NCBI GenBank assembly: GCA_963714015.1
Contig: OY970223.1
Location: forward strand, 1 to 64,000
Direction of reading: 5' to 3'
Origin: Vulcanimicrobiota bacterium
Lineage (GTDB): Bacteria; Vulcanimicrobiota; Vulcanimicrobiia; Vulcanimicrobiales; Vulcanimicrobiaceae
Length of the DNA stretch: 64,000 nucleotides
A program made the translations under genes and the position numbers. Of the stretch, positions 1-10,554 are shown in pieces. Numbering within the stretch: position 1 is the stretch's first letter; the number at the start of each line of letters is the position of its first letter. The notes under the pieces were generated by a model. The model was not told the DNA's origin. It did not search any database and worked only from the letters and a program-made list of their open reading frames with translations.

Positions 1-1296
1 AGGTACTTGAAGTTTTCGGAGAACGAGTAAGCCGGAAAATAGTCGTTCTGCTTCATCGGGCGCGTCCGCACGTCGTCTAGGACGGTGTAGCCATACGGGG
101 TTCGGCAATTGGCCCGCAGGGCTTGAAAGTAGCGGTAAGCCGTCGTCCGGTATTTCTGGCGGCGCGTCAAGAACCAAAGGTCGAATGAGGAGTTCGGGTA
201 CTCCGGGCGCATCCAGTATTTTGGACTGACGATTGAAAGGTCCGCGTAATTTATGACCTCGGGAATCAGCTCGTACTTGTCGAGCAGTACGGTCCACGAG
301 TCGTAGAAAGCCTCGCCCACGTCGCGATTCCCGCCTTTGGCCGCGAGCTCGGCGTAGAACGACGCCAGTTCGCTCATCGTCGTATCGGCGGTCTTGGCGC
401 CCGTTTCGTAGTTGACCGTCCGGAACCAAAGATTGCCGTTGATGCGCTCGACTTTGTACTCGAGCAGAGCGTCGGTCAGCATGCGATACCAGTCTCGCGT
501 CTGAGGATTTCCGAGCATCTGCCATCCGCCCCAGAGGTACTCGTAAAAGGAATCCACGGGTTCGTCCGGAGCGACGTCGTCCGTTCCGGCAAACTCGCCT
601 TTTTCCACGTCGAAGTTCGTGCCGAGCAAATTCAGGGCGGAACGCTTGGATATGACCGTCTCATACGCTTTCATTGAAGCGTTCAGGTACTTTGGATCGC
701 CCGTCAATCGCGAGAGGTCGCCGAACTCCAGGATGTTCGTGCCGATCTCGGCCAAATTCGACTGCGGGTCGCTCACCGCTCCCGTGCGCAGATTGGCAAA
801 ACGGTACGGCGCGCCGCTCGGCGATTTGGTGAAGCACGGCAACAGGCGATCCGCCAGATCCCGCGCCGCGTCCAGCAAAAAGCGTTCGTCCGTCGCGTAG
901 TAGCCGGTGATGAGTCCCGCCACCATGCGAATCACTGCTTCGAACATCTGCACGTTGCCGTCGACGTCGAAATTCAAGTTCGAGCGCAGCCATTTGACGC
1001 ATGCCGTCAGCTCGCCGTCGAGCCCCATGATGTAGAGCGTGTCCATTGCCTCGATGATCGAGAGCCCGAACGAGTGCCCGTCGACGAAGAAATCCTTCGG
1101 CTTTCCGGCGATCGGCGCAACCTCGTCGTAACCCCAAGCAAACCGCTTGTAGCCGGTCCAAGCGTGAAAGAATTCGTCGCGGACCTGCTTGGCGATCGTT
1201 TCCGGCGGCGGCAGCTCCTGCGCGTTCGCGAGCTGGGGGCAGCAGAATCGCCCCCGCAGAGGCCCCCAGAAACGCGCGGCGCGACCAGGGCGTCAT
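1..1296 (-). CDS. Glycoside hydrolase family 47 (alpha-1,2-mannosidase-like) with Tat signal; one frameshift near 1235; runs off the window start
   Basis: N-terminus MTPWSRRAFLG. After removing one base near 1235, my manual translation gives AWGYDEVAP, GLSIIEAMDTLYIMGL, FEAVIRMVAGL, DSFYEYL, RPEYPNS and YSFSENFKYL, which match GH47 conserved blocks. Confidence 0.85.
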
Positions 1297-2583
1297 GCAA
1301 CCTCCATCGCGTCGAGCGACTGCGCGACCGCAACCAACGTACGGTCAACGTCATCGGCGGTATGCGCGGTAGAAACGAACATGACTTCGTTTTGCGAGGG
1401 CGGCAGCAGGATCTTTCGTCGACGCATCTCGTGATAGTACCTCGCGTAGCGCTTTTTGTCGGCGGCGAGCGCGTCGTCGTAGTTCCGGCTGGGCGCACCC
1501 GGCCGGAATTTGAAATCGACGATGGACTCGTGCTGCACGACTGCGTACGGAAGCGCGCGCTCACCGAAGATCCGCCGCAGACCGCCCGCAAGCCGTCTGC
1601 CCAGCGCATCCATTTGCGAATAGTATTCCGGATGCGACTCGAGCAGATCGAGGACGCGGTGCGCGGTTCCCACGCAAAACGGATTGCCGGCATGCGTTCC
1701 GCCGGTAAAGGTGCCGCCGCCCGGCGCGAGCACGCACATAATCTCTTCGCGTCCGCCGAACGCCGCTATCGGGAATCCGCCGCCCAGGATTTTGCCGACG
1801 ACCGTCATGTCGGGCTTAACGCCGAGGCGACCCTGCGCGCCGCCTAGGCCGAAACGCAGCCACGTAATAACCTCGTCGAAAACGAGCACCGCGCCATAGC
1901 GGCCGGCGCGCTCGCGCAAGCCTTCCAGGAAACCGTCGGCCGGCGTAACGCAGCCCATGTTTCCTACGATGGGTTCGACGACGATCGCCGCCAAATCGCT
2001 GCACCGCAGGGCGATAGTCTCGTCAACGGACTGCAGATCGTTGTAGCGCGCGACCGCGACGTCGTCGCATAACGCCCTGCGGAATTCCGCTGCGGCGCGC
2101 GTCCGGAGTATGGGCCGAAGCTCCGGCATCGAGCAGCGCCAGGTCGAAGTGCCCGTGATAATTTCCGGCGAATTTCAAAATCAAATTACGGCCGGTATAT
2201 GCGCGAGCGATCCGCACCGCACTCATTACCGCTTCCGTGCCCGTCGTGACGAAGCGCATGCGCTCCATCGAGGGCAGATGCCGGCGTACGCGCTCCGCGA
2301 GCCGGATTTCTTCGGGATGCGTCGATCCGTAAAGCATGCCGCGCTGCGCCAGTTCGTCGAGCCGTTCCGTCAGCGCGGGATGGTTGTGTCCGAAGAGAAG
2401 CGGCCCGTATGCCATGATGTAGTCGACGAACGCCTCGCCGTTTTCATCGTACGCGTATGCACCTTCGCCGCGTGTTTGGATGAACGGATCGCCGCCTACA
2501 GCCCAGCCCGAGCGTACCGGGGAGTCGCATCCGCCGGCGAGCACTCGTGCCGCGCGCTCAGCGAGCCCGGTTTGCAACTGCAC
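1293..2583 (-). CDS. hemL: Glutamate-1-semialdehyde 2,1-aminomutase; frameshift near 2065
   Basis: GGCDSPVR, DYIMAYGPL, GTEAVMSAVR, GNYHGH, FDEVIT and GKILGGGFPIAAFGG, split over ORFs 2023-2583 and 1293-2129. Confidence 0.92.
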
Positions 2584-3427
2584 GTTTCGAAGGTTCCTTT
2601 GCCAGCACTGTGCGGATTTTTTTCATCGCGGCGCTCGCATCGGGCGGCAATGCGAGGGCACCATCGGCGCGCGCCTGCACATTCCCTCCGCACTCCTGGA
2701 CGCCCTGGGCGTCGAGGACGAACCGCGGGCGTCCCAGCTCCTTCGCAAACCGCATCGTCTGCATTGCCCCGCCGTCGCGCTCGCTCGCGACGAGCACAGT
2801 AGCCGCCGCGTGCGCGGCTTGCAGGCGATCGCGATGAACCAACGCCCACTTCGTAACGGGTTCGTCCGGCAGCCGTTCCGTGGCAACCGCTCCGCCGCGC
2901 GCGACGATCTCTTCTTCCAGTTCCTGATGCTCGCGCGGATACGTCACGCCGAGTCCGCTGCCGACGTACGCCAGCGTCGGAAGCTTGGCGTAAAGAGCTC
3001 CGTGATGCGCTGCTGCATCGATTCCCGATGCCAAGCCGCTGATTACCGCAACGCCGCAGATCCCGGCCAGTTCACGCGCGAACTCGAGTGCTTGCGGCGG
3101 AGGCGTGCGGCTTCCCACGATCGCGATGCCCATTTCGGGAAGAATGCCGCGCACGCATAAAAACGCCGGCGGATCTTCTAAATCGTGCAGTCCCTGAGGA
3201 TAGAGCGGATCGCCGATCGTGACGATGACGGCATTCAGTCGCGCGAGGCGAGATGCGCCTTCGCGCGCTTGGTGCCTTGCGTGGGCGACCTTACGCCCCG
3301 ATTCGGCCGCAATCCATTCGGCCAGCGACGGATCCTCACCCCGGGCTAAGGCGCGCAAGCGCCTGGCGGGCATGTGCATATAGGCTGCCGCCAGCAAGAC
3401 GAGCTCCGCCTGCGAGATCGGTCGCAT
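2558..3427 (-). CDS. dprA: DNA-processing protein DprA/Smf (short form)
   Basis: YPQGLHDLEDPPAFL, IAIVGSR, VISGLASGIDAAAHHGAL. Confidence 0.85.
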   Translation of the reverse strand: MRPISQAELVLLAAAYMHMPARRLRALARGEDPSLAEWIAAESGRKVAHARHQAREGASRLARLNAVIVTIGDPLYPQGLHDLEDPPAFLCVRGILPEMGIAIVGSRTPPPQALEFARELAGICGVAVISGLASGIDAAAHHGALYAKLPTLAYVGSGLGVTYPREHQELEEEIVARGGAVATERLPDEPVTKWALVHRDRLQAAHAAATVLVASERDGGAMQTMRFAKELGRPRFVLDAQGVQECGGNVQARADGALALPPDASAAMKKIRTVLAKEPSKRAVANRAR

Positions 3428-3462
3428 AAGAGTGACGCCTTCGCATCGCGAACTCCCGGCTC

Positions 3463-4557
3463 ATGCCCCACATCGAAATGGAGATCGGCTCGCGGACCAA
3501 TATTCGCGAGCTGGTCGCGCAGTTGCCCATCGCCGCCGACGTCCTTGAACGATTCGGTCTGCACTGCGCCGGCTGCGGCGTCAACAAATACGAAACGATC
3601 GAACAAGGCGCACTGGCTCATGGCCTGCGCGTGGAACCGATCGTCGCCGCGCTGGTGCAAGCACGGCTCTCGGGGTTCGTTCCGAACATCAGTGCACAGG
3701 ACCGAACGCCGGCGCGCCGGGCACCGGGCGAATTCAAAGGCAAGGCGCGGATCTCGCACGTCGTGCCGGTGATGTCGGGTAAAGGCGGAGTGGGCAAGTC
3801 GTTGGTGACGGCTTTACTCGGACTTGGTCTTCGGCGCCGGAACCTGCGCGTGGGTATACTCGACGGCGACATCACCGGACCCTCGATTCCCAAGATATTC
3901 GGCCTCTCAAAACCGCTCGTCATCGAGGCGGATCCGAACGCGCCTAAGACGGCGCAAGGCAATCCGCAGCCGCTGATGATTCCGGCGCAATCGCGCACGG
4001 CGATCGAGATCGTGAGCTCCAACCTTTTGACCGACAAGGAAGACACCGCCATGATCTGGCGCGGACCGATTCTCTCCGGCGTCATCCGTCAGTTTTACGA
4101 ACAGGTGCTCTGGAGCGATCTCGACTACTTGCTGATCGATCTTCCGCCCGGGACCTCGGATGCGCCGCTGACCGTCCTTCAGTCGCTGGCCATCGACGGC
4201 GTCGTGCTCGTGACGATGCCGCAGGCGCTGGCAACCATGATTGTCCGCAAGGCGGCGAATTTGGTCCACCAACTGCGCAAACCTATCTTGGGCGTCATCG
4301 AAAATATGTCGTACTTCGTCGCTCCCGACACGGGAACCAAGTACGAGATTTTTGGGCCGTCCTACGCCGATCGGGTCGCGGAACTGGCAAAGGCGCCTGT
4401 ATTCGCTCGTCTTCCGATCGATCCGCGCAAAGCGCTGCTCGCCGACGAAGGCCGGGTCGAGGAGATCGACGATCCGGTCTGCGATCGGCTTGCCTCGGCG
4501 CTCATCGAGTCCATAGCCGCGCATCCGAAACCCAAGGAAACGATCTCTCTGATTTGA
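3463..4557 (+). CDS. Mrp/NBP35 (ApbC-family) P-loop ATPase with an N-terminal DUF1858-like domain
   Basis: MSGKGGVGKS, DGDITGPSIP, MIWRGP, DLPPGTSD and GVIENMS; N-terminal GLHCAGCG..ETIEQGALAHG. Confidence 0.88.
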   Translation: MPHIEMEIGSRTNIRELVAQLPIAADVLERFGLHCAGCGVNKYETIEQGALAHGLRVEPIVAALVQARLSGFVPNISAQDRTPARRAPGEFKGKARISHVVPVMSGKGGVGKSLVTALLGLGLRRRNLRVGILDGDITGPSIPKIFGLSKPLVIEADPNAPKTAQGNPQPLMIPAQSRTAIEIVSSNLLTDKEDTAMIWRGPILSGVIRQFYEQVLWSDLDYLLIDLPPGTSDAPLTVLQSLAIDGVVLVTMPQALATMIVRKAANLVHQLRKPILGVIENMSYFVAPDTGTKYEIFGPSYADRVAELAKAPVFARLPIDPRKALLADEGRVEEIDDPVCDRLASALIESIAAHPKPKETISLI

Positions 4558-4578
4558 GTCCCGCCCGTTAAACGGAAA

Positions 4579-5547
4579 TTATGCAGCAGCGGACGCTACG
4601 GCTTGGACGACCTGCGGCTCAACCGGCAGATCGGGATTCGAATATCCGGCGAGGATCGCGGACTGCGTGGACGTGTCCGGGGCGTGCTTGAGCACGTGAT
4701 TCATACCCTGAACGATCACGAGCTTCGCCCGGGGATTGCCCTTTTGCAGATCCTGCGCGTCTTCGACGAAGACTTGAACGTCGGCGGTGCCCTGAACGAT
4801 CGTCACCGGAATCTGCAATTTACCGATCTCCACCGACGGGTCGTATTTGAACCACGAGATGAGATAGGGCTGAATACTCTCGCGAAAGAGCGCTGCGAGC
4901 GGCGAACTGTTATCGTAGGGTACGGTTTTTCCGGCTTGCAGCGAGCTGATGATTGCATCGGCTTGCGCGTACATCGCGGGCGGAAGCTTCGGTTTGAGTT
5001 GTTCGCGAAGGACTGCCGGAGCGGGCCGCCCGGGGCCTTCGAGACTGACGTATGCGGCGGCCGGCGCGCGTTGGGCGGCGAGCATTCCCAATAGTGAACC
5101 TTCGCTGTGTCCGGCGATGATTGCACGCGAAAAGCGCCGATCGGCATGGATCATTTGCAGCCATGCTGCCGCATCGTCCGCGAACGTGTCGAAGCGCAAT
5201 GCAGCTTCGCCGCCGGCCGGCGCGGCGGCCGCGCTTGCGCCGATGCCGCGCTTGTCGTATCGAACGCTCGCGAGGCCGTTTGCGGCGAGTGCCGACGCCA
5301 GCAGTTTATAGGTGTCGTCCTTTCCCGGCAGCCCCGGATTATTGCCGTTGCGATCGGTGGGGCCGGACCCGGCAATAATCAACACCGCAGCGAATGGTCC
5401 GGCGCCCGCCGGCGTGGTGAGCGTGCCGTAGAGCGTGCCTGTCGCAGTGGCGAGCGAAATATCGGATTCCGCCGCCTCGGCTCCGACGGGCAACCCGCAC
5501 ATGGTCAATGCGCCTCCTGCAATACCCAGAAAGGTCGAACGGTTCAT
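4579..5547 (-). CDS. Secreted alpha/beta hydrolase
   Basis: GSGPTDRNGN, RYDKRG, GHSEG nucleophile motif, QGTADVQV, GMNHVLK; signal-like N-terminus. Confidence 0.85.
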   Translation of the reverse strand: MNRSTFLGIAGGALTMCGLPVGAEAAESDISLATATGTLYGTLTTPAGAGPFAAVLIIAGSGPTDRNGNNPGLPGKDDTYKLLASALAANGLASVRYDKRGIGASAAAAPAGGEAALRFDTFADDAAAWLQMIHADRRFSRAIIAGHSEGSLLGMLAAQRAPAAAYVSLEGPGRPAPAVLREQLKPKLPPAMYAQADAIISSLQAGKTVPYDNSSPLAALFRESIQPYLISWFKYDPSVEIGKLQIPVTIVQGTADVQVFVEDAQDLQKGNPRAKLVIVQGMNHVLKHAPDTSTQSAILAGYSNPDLPVEPQVVQAVASAAA

Positions 5548-7076
5548 ACGGATCTCCTATCGTCGAAAATGCCCGAGGTTTCGCTTCGCCGTTCTCCGTC
5601 GCCCCACGTTTCGAGGACCGTGCACTCTTTGAATGAGACTCCGTCAAGCGGGTCACGATCGAGAATCACAAAGTCTGCCTGGAATCCGGGCGCGAGCACT
5701 CCGGTGTGCCGATCCGCATGAGCCAGTCGCGCAGCATTGTACGTGTACATCGTAAGCGCTTGCGCCGGCGTGAGGCGCTCGGAATCCTCGTGATGCCCGA
5801 CGGCTGCCTGCAGGCCTTCCAGCGGCGAAAGGTTGCACACCGGACTATCGTCGCCGCCGCAAAGAATGCCGCCGGCGGATTGAATTCGCCCGAGCGCATT
5901 CATCGTGCGCATTCGCGCATTACCCAAGCGCGCCTCGTACATGCGCCCTCCGCCGCCCCAGAGCGCATCGAACTGCGGCTGCATCGAGAGGTAGATTCCG
6001 AGCCGGGCGCAGGCTTCGATATGCTCGGGAAGCGCGATCTCGAAGTGTTCGATGAAGTGGCGGCAGCCGCGGGAACTCGGCTTTCCTCCCAGCACGCGCT
6101 CCCACGTCGCGATGCATTGTTCGATTGCGCGGTCCCCGATGGCATGGACGCCGGCCGATATCCCGAGCGCCTCGGCATTGGCGAAGTAAACGTAGACCTC
6201 GTCGTCGCTGTAGCGTAATTCACCGTGAGAGTCCGTGCCGGCGAACGGCCGGGTAACCGCAGCCGTGCAACTGCCGATGGAGCCGTCTAAAAAGACGTCG
6301 CCGCCAACGTAGGGCAATCCCGCATCGCGCGCCAGTGCCGCGTCGGGCTCGCAGATCTTCGGATACCATTTCGCGGAAGGCAAAGATTTCAAGGCTTCGA
6401 TTTCTCCGGCGTACTCGTCGCGCCCGAATCCGACGAGCTGCACGTGCAAATGCAAATATCCGCGCTGCAGCGCAAGCAAGGCGGCCCGCCGTTCGGCCTC
6501 GCGCCGCACGCGGCCGGGAAGCTCTTTCATGAAGCGCGTCTGCGCTTGCCAGTTGGCTTCCAGCGTCAGACGGCCGGTGGGAACGCCGTCGCCATCGCGC
6601 TCGATTCCGCGCATCTGCCTCGGCAGATGCAGCCAGTTCAGCGTTTTGCGATTCACCAAGCTGGAATGTCCGTCGATGCGTACGAGCAGCGCGAGCGAGT
6701 CCGGGAAACTGCGTTCCAAGGGCGCAGCGTCCGCGCTGGAGCCGTCGCGCCACGAGCTTTCGTCGAATTGCCCCGCCAGGATGAACTCGCCGCGCGGCAG
6801 GCGCGCCACTGCGTCGGAAAACTCGGCGTAATTGCGCACGCCTTCGAGGTTGCGTTCCTCGAGAAAATATCCGGTGTCCGTCAAATGAACGTGGCAATCC
6901 GCGAATGCCGGTAGAACGGTCGTGCCCTGAAGATCGATCCGATCGATTCCGGCGCCCGCCTGCAATGGGTCCAGTGAAAGAATCTTGCCGCCTTCGAGTA
7001 TCATCCCGGCGTGGCGGGAATACGTCTGCTCAAACGGATGGTAGCGGTAAACGCGAGCGTTCGTCAGAACCTTCAC
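5544..7076 (-). CDS. Amidohydrolase (YtcJ / family 3-like)
   Basis: LPAFADCHVH, DGHS, FLDGSIGS, VHAIGDRA, IEHFE, GFQADFVILDRDP. Confidence 0.88.
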   Translation of the reverse strand: MKVLTNARVYRYHPFEQTYSRHAGMILEGGKILSLDPLQAGAGIDRIDLQGTTVLPAFADCHVHLTDTGYFLEERNLEGVRNYAEFSDAVARLPRGEFILAGQFDESSWRDGSSADAAPLERSFPDSLALLVRIDGHSSLVNRKTLNWLHLPRQMRGIERDGDGVPTGRLTLEANWQAQTRFMKELPGRVRREAERRAALLALQRGYLHLHVQLVGFGRDEYAGEIEALKSLPSAKWYPKICEPDAALARDAGLPYVGGDVFLDGSIGSCTAAVTRPFAGTDSHGELRYSDDEVYVYFANAEALGISAGVHAIGDRAIEQCIATWERVLGGKPSSRGCRHFIEHFEIALPEHIEACARLGIYLSMQPQFDALWGGGGRMYEARLGNARMRTMNALGRIQSAGGILCGGDDSPVCNLSPLEGLQAAVGHHEDSERLTPAQALTMYTYNAARLAHADRHTGVLAPGFQADFVILDRDPLDGVSFKECTVLETWGDGERRSETSGIFDDRRSV

Positions 7077-7090
7077 CGCAACGGAATACT

Positions 7091-8282
7091 ATGAAGAAAC
7101 GCGACACTCTTTTAGCGGGCGCAGCCGTCTTCTGCGCAGGATATGCGGCCTGGCGCGCGGTTCAAGCCGCTTGGGCGTTCGTGCGTCCGGGGCGGCCGCT
7201 GGGGCAAGACGCCGCGCGGTACGGTGCGACGCGGCGCGGCTTGGCCGTAACGGGAATTGCGCGCGGGCTCGCTTCCGCAGCGCTGCTGGCGTACGGCTCT
7301 CCCGGAAAGACGCTCGAACGCCGGGCCGATCGCGTCCCGATATGGCTTCGCCCTTCCGCCTTTGCGGTGCAGGCCGCACTCGTCGATGCGCTCGTAGAGC
7401 TTCCCGTTGACTTCGTCGAGGGCCACGAGCTGGAACGGCGTTACGGGCTCAGCGAACAGACGCCCGGGTCATGGTTAGAAGACTACGCTAAGCAGCAGGC
7501 GATTGGGATCGCGATAACCGGACTGCTTTCCGGGTTGCTCGGAAACGCGCTGCCGCGGTGGCCGCGTTCCTGGCCGTACATCGCAATGGCGGCAACGTTG
7601 CCGCGTCCTCGTACTGGCGAATCTGATCGTTCCTATCTATATACTGCCGCTGTTCAACACTTACGTGCCGCTGGAAGGGCCGCTCGAACGGCGCTTGCGC
7701 GCGCTGGCCGTCCGCTACGGCGTCGGCAACGCGCAGATTTTGCGGATGAACATGAGCAAGCAGACGAAGAAAGCCAACGCGTTCGTAATCGGGATCGGCA
7801 AAACGCACCGCATCGTCGTCGGCGACACGCTGGTGGAAAACTTCACGCCCGAGGAGATTGAGTTCGTCGTCGCTCACGAAATCGGTCATTACGTTGCGAA
7901 GGACACTTGGCGGCTCATCGCCCTGGGTGAACTCTCTGCGGCAGCAACGCTGTTCGGGAGTTATTTGTCGGTCGGCACCGCGAAGCCCAAGCAGCTGCGC
8001 AAACCGCGCACGCTCGCAAAGATCCAGTTCACCGCCGTGGCAATCTCGCAGATGCTGCGTCCCGCTATCTCGGCTTACTCCCGTTCGCGCGAATGGGCCG
8101 CGGATCGCTTCGCCGCGCGGGCAACGAACGCGCCAGCTACCGGGGCTTCGGCGTTCCGGCGCCTGCGCGATCAGAATCTGTCTGAAGACGAACAGCCGGC
8201 GTGGTTCGAGTTCATCTTCTCCACGCACCCTTCACTGCGCGCTCGCATCGCCGCTTTGGAGTCGGCCGCCCCAGCGCCGTAA
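7091..8282 (+). CDS. M48 (Ste24-like) membrane zinc metalloprotease; frameshift near 7604
   Basis: ANAFVIG, RIVVGDTL, VVAHEIGH, SRSREWAADRFA, STHPSLRARI; N-terminal transmembrane region lies in another frame. Confidence 0.88.
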
Positions 8283-8290
8283 CCGCACAA

Positions 8291-9748
8291 CTATGATGAC
8301 ACCAGTAGTACGGGTGAAGGACGAGTGCCCAGCCACGACGCGAGATCGGTTTTTTGCGTGACGTATTCGCCGCTGCCGAGCTCCCGGCGAAATTCGCCGA
8401 ACGTTCCGTAGGCCTCGGCGAATGCGTCGTGCTTGTGAATCGACTCGTAGTTGACTTGGCTTGCGGAGACGAACGTGTCGTCTCCGAAGTCCTGGTACAT
8501 GTCCAGCACGCTCGCCAAGATTCCGCGAACGACGTCTTCGACGAATTTTGGGTTGTGATGCGCTTTGTTGACGATAAAGAATTCATCCGGGCGCTTGAGC
8601 AAATCGTACGTTTCGCTCGACATTGCGCCTTCCACGATCTCGACCAAATCTTCCGCGTCCACCGCTTTCATCCGGTCGGGTGAACCCCCGATTAGGACGC
8701 TGCCCCTTCCGCGCTGGTTATGCGTTGCAACGGGCAGCGCGTCCAGAGCCCGATGCGCATCCCCCAGCGAAAATCCCGCATCCAAGAGTTCCTGAAGACT
8801 GTGCTCGCGCACCATCAATTGCGCGCACGGACAAGCCGTCATCCCTTCGGCCTCAATTCCCACGACACTGCGGGTGCCCGATTCATCGGCATGAGCGATG
8901 CCGACCAGCGTGTACGTTTCTTCGCCGCGCTTTCCGCTGACGGGCGTCCAGCGCTCCAGTCCAAAGTCTGCCCGCAGACGGACGTCCGCGCGAATCGCTC
9001 GCTGGGAGCGAACGATTTCTTTCGCGATCGCTTCGACGGTGCGTTCGATGCGCGCATTGCCGGTTTCACGCGCCAGCACGTCGAGGGCGGCCTCTTCGAG
9101 AATCTCGCTGAAGCGCGACATGTGCACGCCGGCTTTGTCGGGCGCGAGATCGGCGACCATCGTAAACTCGCCGTTGAACACCCGATCTTTGCCGTCAATG
9201 TTCAGGTGCACGATCCGGCGCACGCGCGAAACGCCGACGCGGCTGAGCGAAAGCCGCACGTCCGGCGCCTCTTCCTGACGGTTCGCGTCAAAGTGAAGGG
9301 AGCGCGTGCGGCGGCGCACGCCGTTTTCTTTGTAACCTGTGGCCAGTTCGCGCAGCGTTCGCTGCGTCGAGGGTTCGCGCAGGTCCGGAGCGATTTCCGA
9401 AAGCGGGATCAGATTGTAGCCGCGCGAGAGCAATTGCGGATGGACTGCGGAGTCGGACCATAGCACGTCGATGTCGATGGGACGTGCAGCGAGTTTGCGC
9501 GTGCTCGAACGGCCGACCGCCGCCTCCACGCCGGATGCAAAACGTTCGAATGCTGCGGCGTCCATTTCCGTGTCCAGCGCTGCTGCGAGATTTAGAAAAG
9601 CCGGCCCCTCTGCGCCCCCGGCGGGATCGCTCTCGTAAAAGGAGGAGACGGAGGCAACCAAGGTGCGGGTTCTCAGCCGCTGCAGGGCGCTCAGGATGTT
9701 TGCCTGGCGGTCGCCCAGGTTCGAACCGATCCCGATATAGATGCGCAC
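8291..9748 (-). CDS. FolK (HPPK) fused to an MptA/FolE2-family GTP cyclohydrolase
   Basis: GTG start at 9748. FolK part: IYIGIGSNLGDR, SSFYESDP, FLN, RPIDID. Cyclohydrolase part: GVHMSRF, TACPCAQ, THNQRG, LLKRPDE, NPKFVEDVVR, ESIHKHDA. Confidence 0.88.
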   Translation of the reverse strand: MRIYIGIGSNLGDRQANILSALQRLRTRTLVASVSSFYESDPAGGAEGPAFLNLAAALDTEMDAAAFERFASGVEAAVGRSSTRKLAARPIDIDVLWSDSAVHPQLLSRGYNLIPLSEIAPDLREPSTQRTLRELATGYKENGVRRRTRSLHFDANRQEEAPDVRLSLSRVGVSRVRRIVHLNIDGKDRVFNGEFTMVADLAPDKAGVHMSRFSEILEEAALDVLARETGNARIERTVEAIAKEIVRSQRAIRADVRLRADFGLERWTPVSGKRGEETYTLVGIAHADESGTRSVVGIEAEGMTACPCAQLMVREHSLQELLDAGFSLGDAHRALDALPVATHNQRGRGSVLIGGSPDRMKAVDAEDLVEIVEGAMSSETYDLLKRPDEFFIVNKAHHNPKFVEDVVRGILASVLDMYQDFGDDTFVSASQVNYESIHKHDAFAEAYGTFGEFRRELGSGEYVTQKTDLASWLGTRPSPVLLVSS

Positions 9749-9862
9749 GCCCGCCCCTTCGTCGCTCGGGCGTCCGCGCCCCGGGCAAGGAGCTCGGCGG
9801 TAAAAGGCAACCTGCCGCACACGGGCGGTTTCGTGAGATAATGACCGGGGGAGCATTTTGAC

Positions 9863-10549
9863 ATGCATGACGTGCGAAATGTCGGCAGCGCCGAACGGGC
9901 ACTCTCGCTGGGAGCAGGCGGATTGCTGCTGGCCATTGCGTTGCGGCGGCGCGGAATTCTCGGCGCCGTAACCGCATCTTTGGCGGGCGAGCTCATCTAT
10001 CGTGCCGTCACCGGGTCGTGTCCGGTGTACGGAGCGCTCGGCATGAACACCGCCGCTCACGATCGATCGAAGAACCCGCGCGCGAGCGTTCCATACGGTC
10101 GCGGCGTGCGCGTGGAACAATCGATCGCCGTCACGCGCCCGGCCGCCGAACTGTACCGGTTTTGGCGCAATCTCCAATCGCTTCCGCAGTTCATGCAGCA
10201 CATCGAAGAAGTCACCGTACTTACGCCCACGCGTTCGCGGTGGCGCGTCCGAGCGCCGATCGGCAGCCGCGTCAGCTGGGAGGCCGAGATCATCAACGAC
10301 GTGCCCGACGAACTGATCGGGTGGCGCTCGTTGCCCGGCTCGGCGATGCATCACGCGGGGTCGGTACACTTCGACGAACGCGACGGCCTCACGGAGGTCC
10401 GCGTAGTGCTCGAATACGCGCCGCCGGCACGCTACGTGGGTGCCTCGCTCGCCCGCATTCTCGGTGAAGAGCCGCACAAGCAGATTGCGGATGACCTGCG
10501 CCGGTTCAAAGGCATCGTGGAACGAGGGGAGCACGCAAGCCTTCAGTAA
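9863..10549 (+). CDS. SRPBCC/cyclase family protein with a DUF2892-like N-terminus
   Basis: NVGSAERALS, TGSCPVYGALG, LYRFWRNLQSLPQFM, WEAEIINDVPDELIGWRS, DDLRRFK. Confidence 0.85.
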   Translation: MHDVRNVGSAERALSLGAGGLLLAIALRRRGILGAVTASLAGELIYRAVTGSCPVYGALGMNTAAHDRSKNPRASVPYGRGVRVEQSIAVTRPAAELYRFWRNLQSLPQFMQHIEEVTVLTPTRSRWRVRAPIGSRVSWEAEIINDVPDELIGWRSLPGSAMHHAGSVHFDERDGLTEVRVVLEYAPPARYVGASLARILGEEPHKQIADDLRRFKGIVERGEHASLQ

Positions 10550-10554
10550 TCCCC

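Noticed and set aside
9749..9862. Folate or purine riboswitch upstream of the folK fusion
   Set aside because: I could not match THF, ZTP or preQ1 consensus elements.
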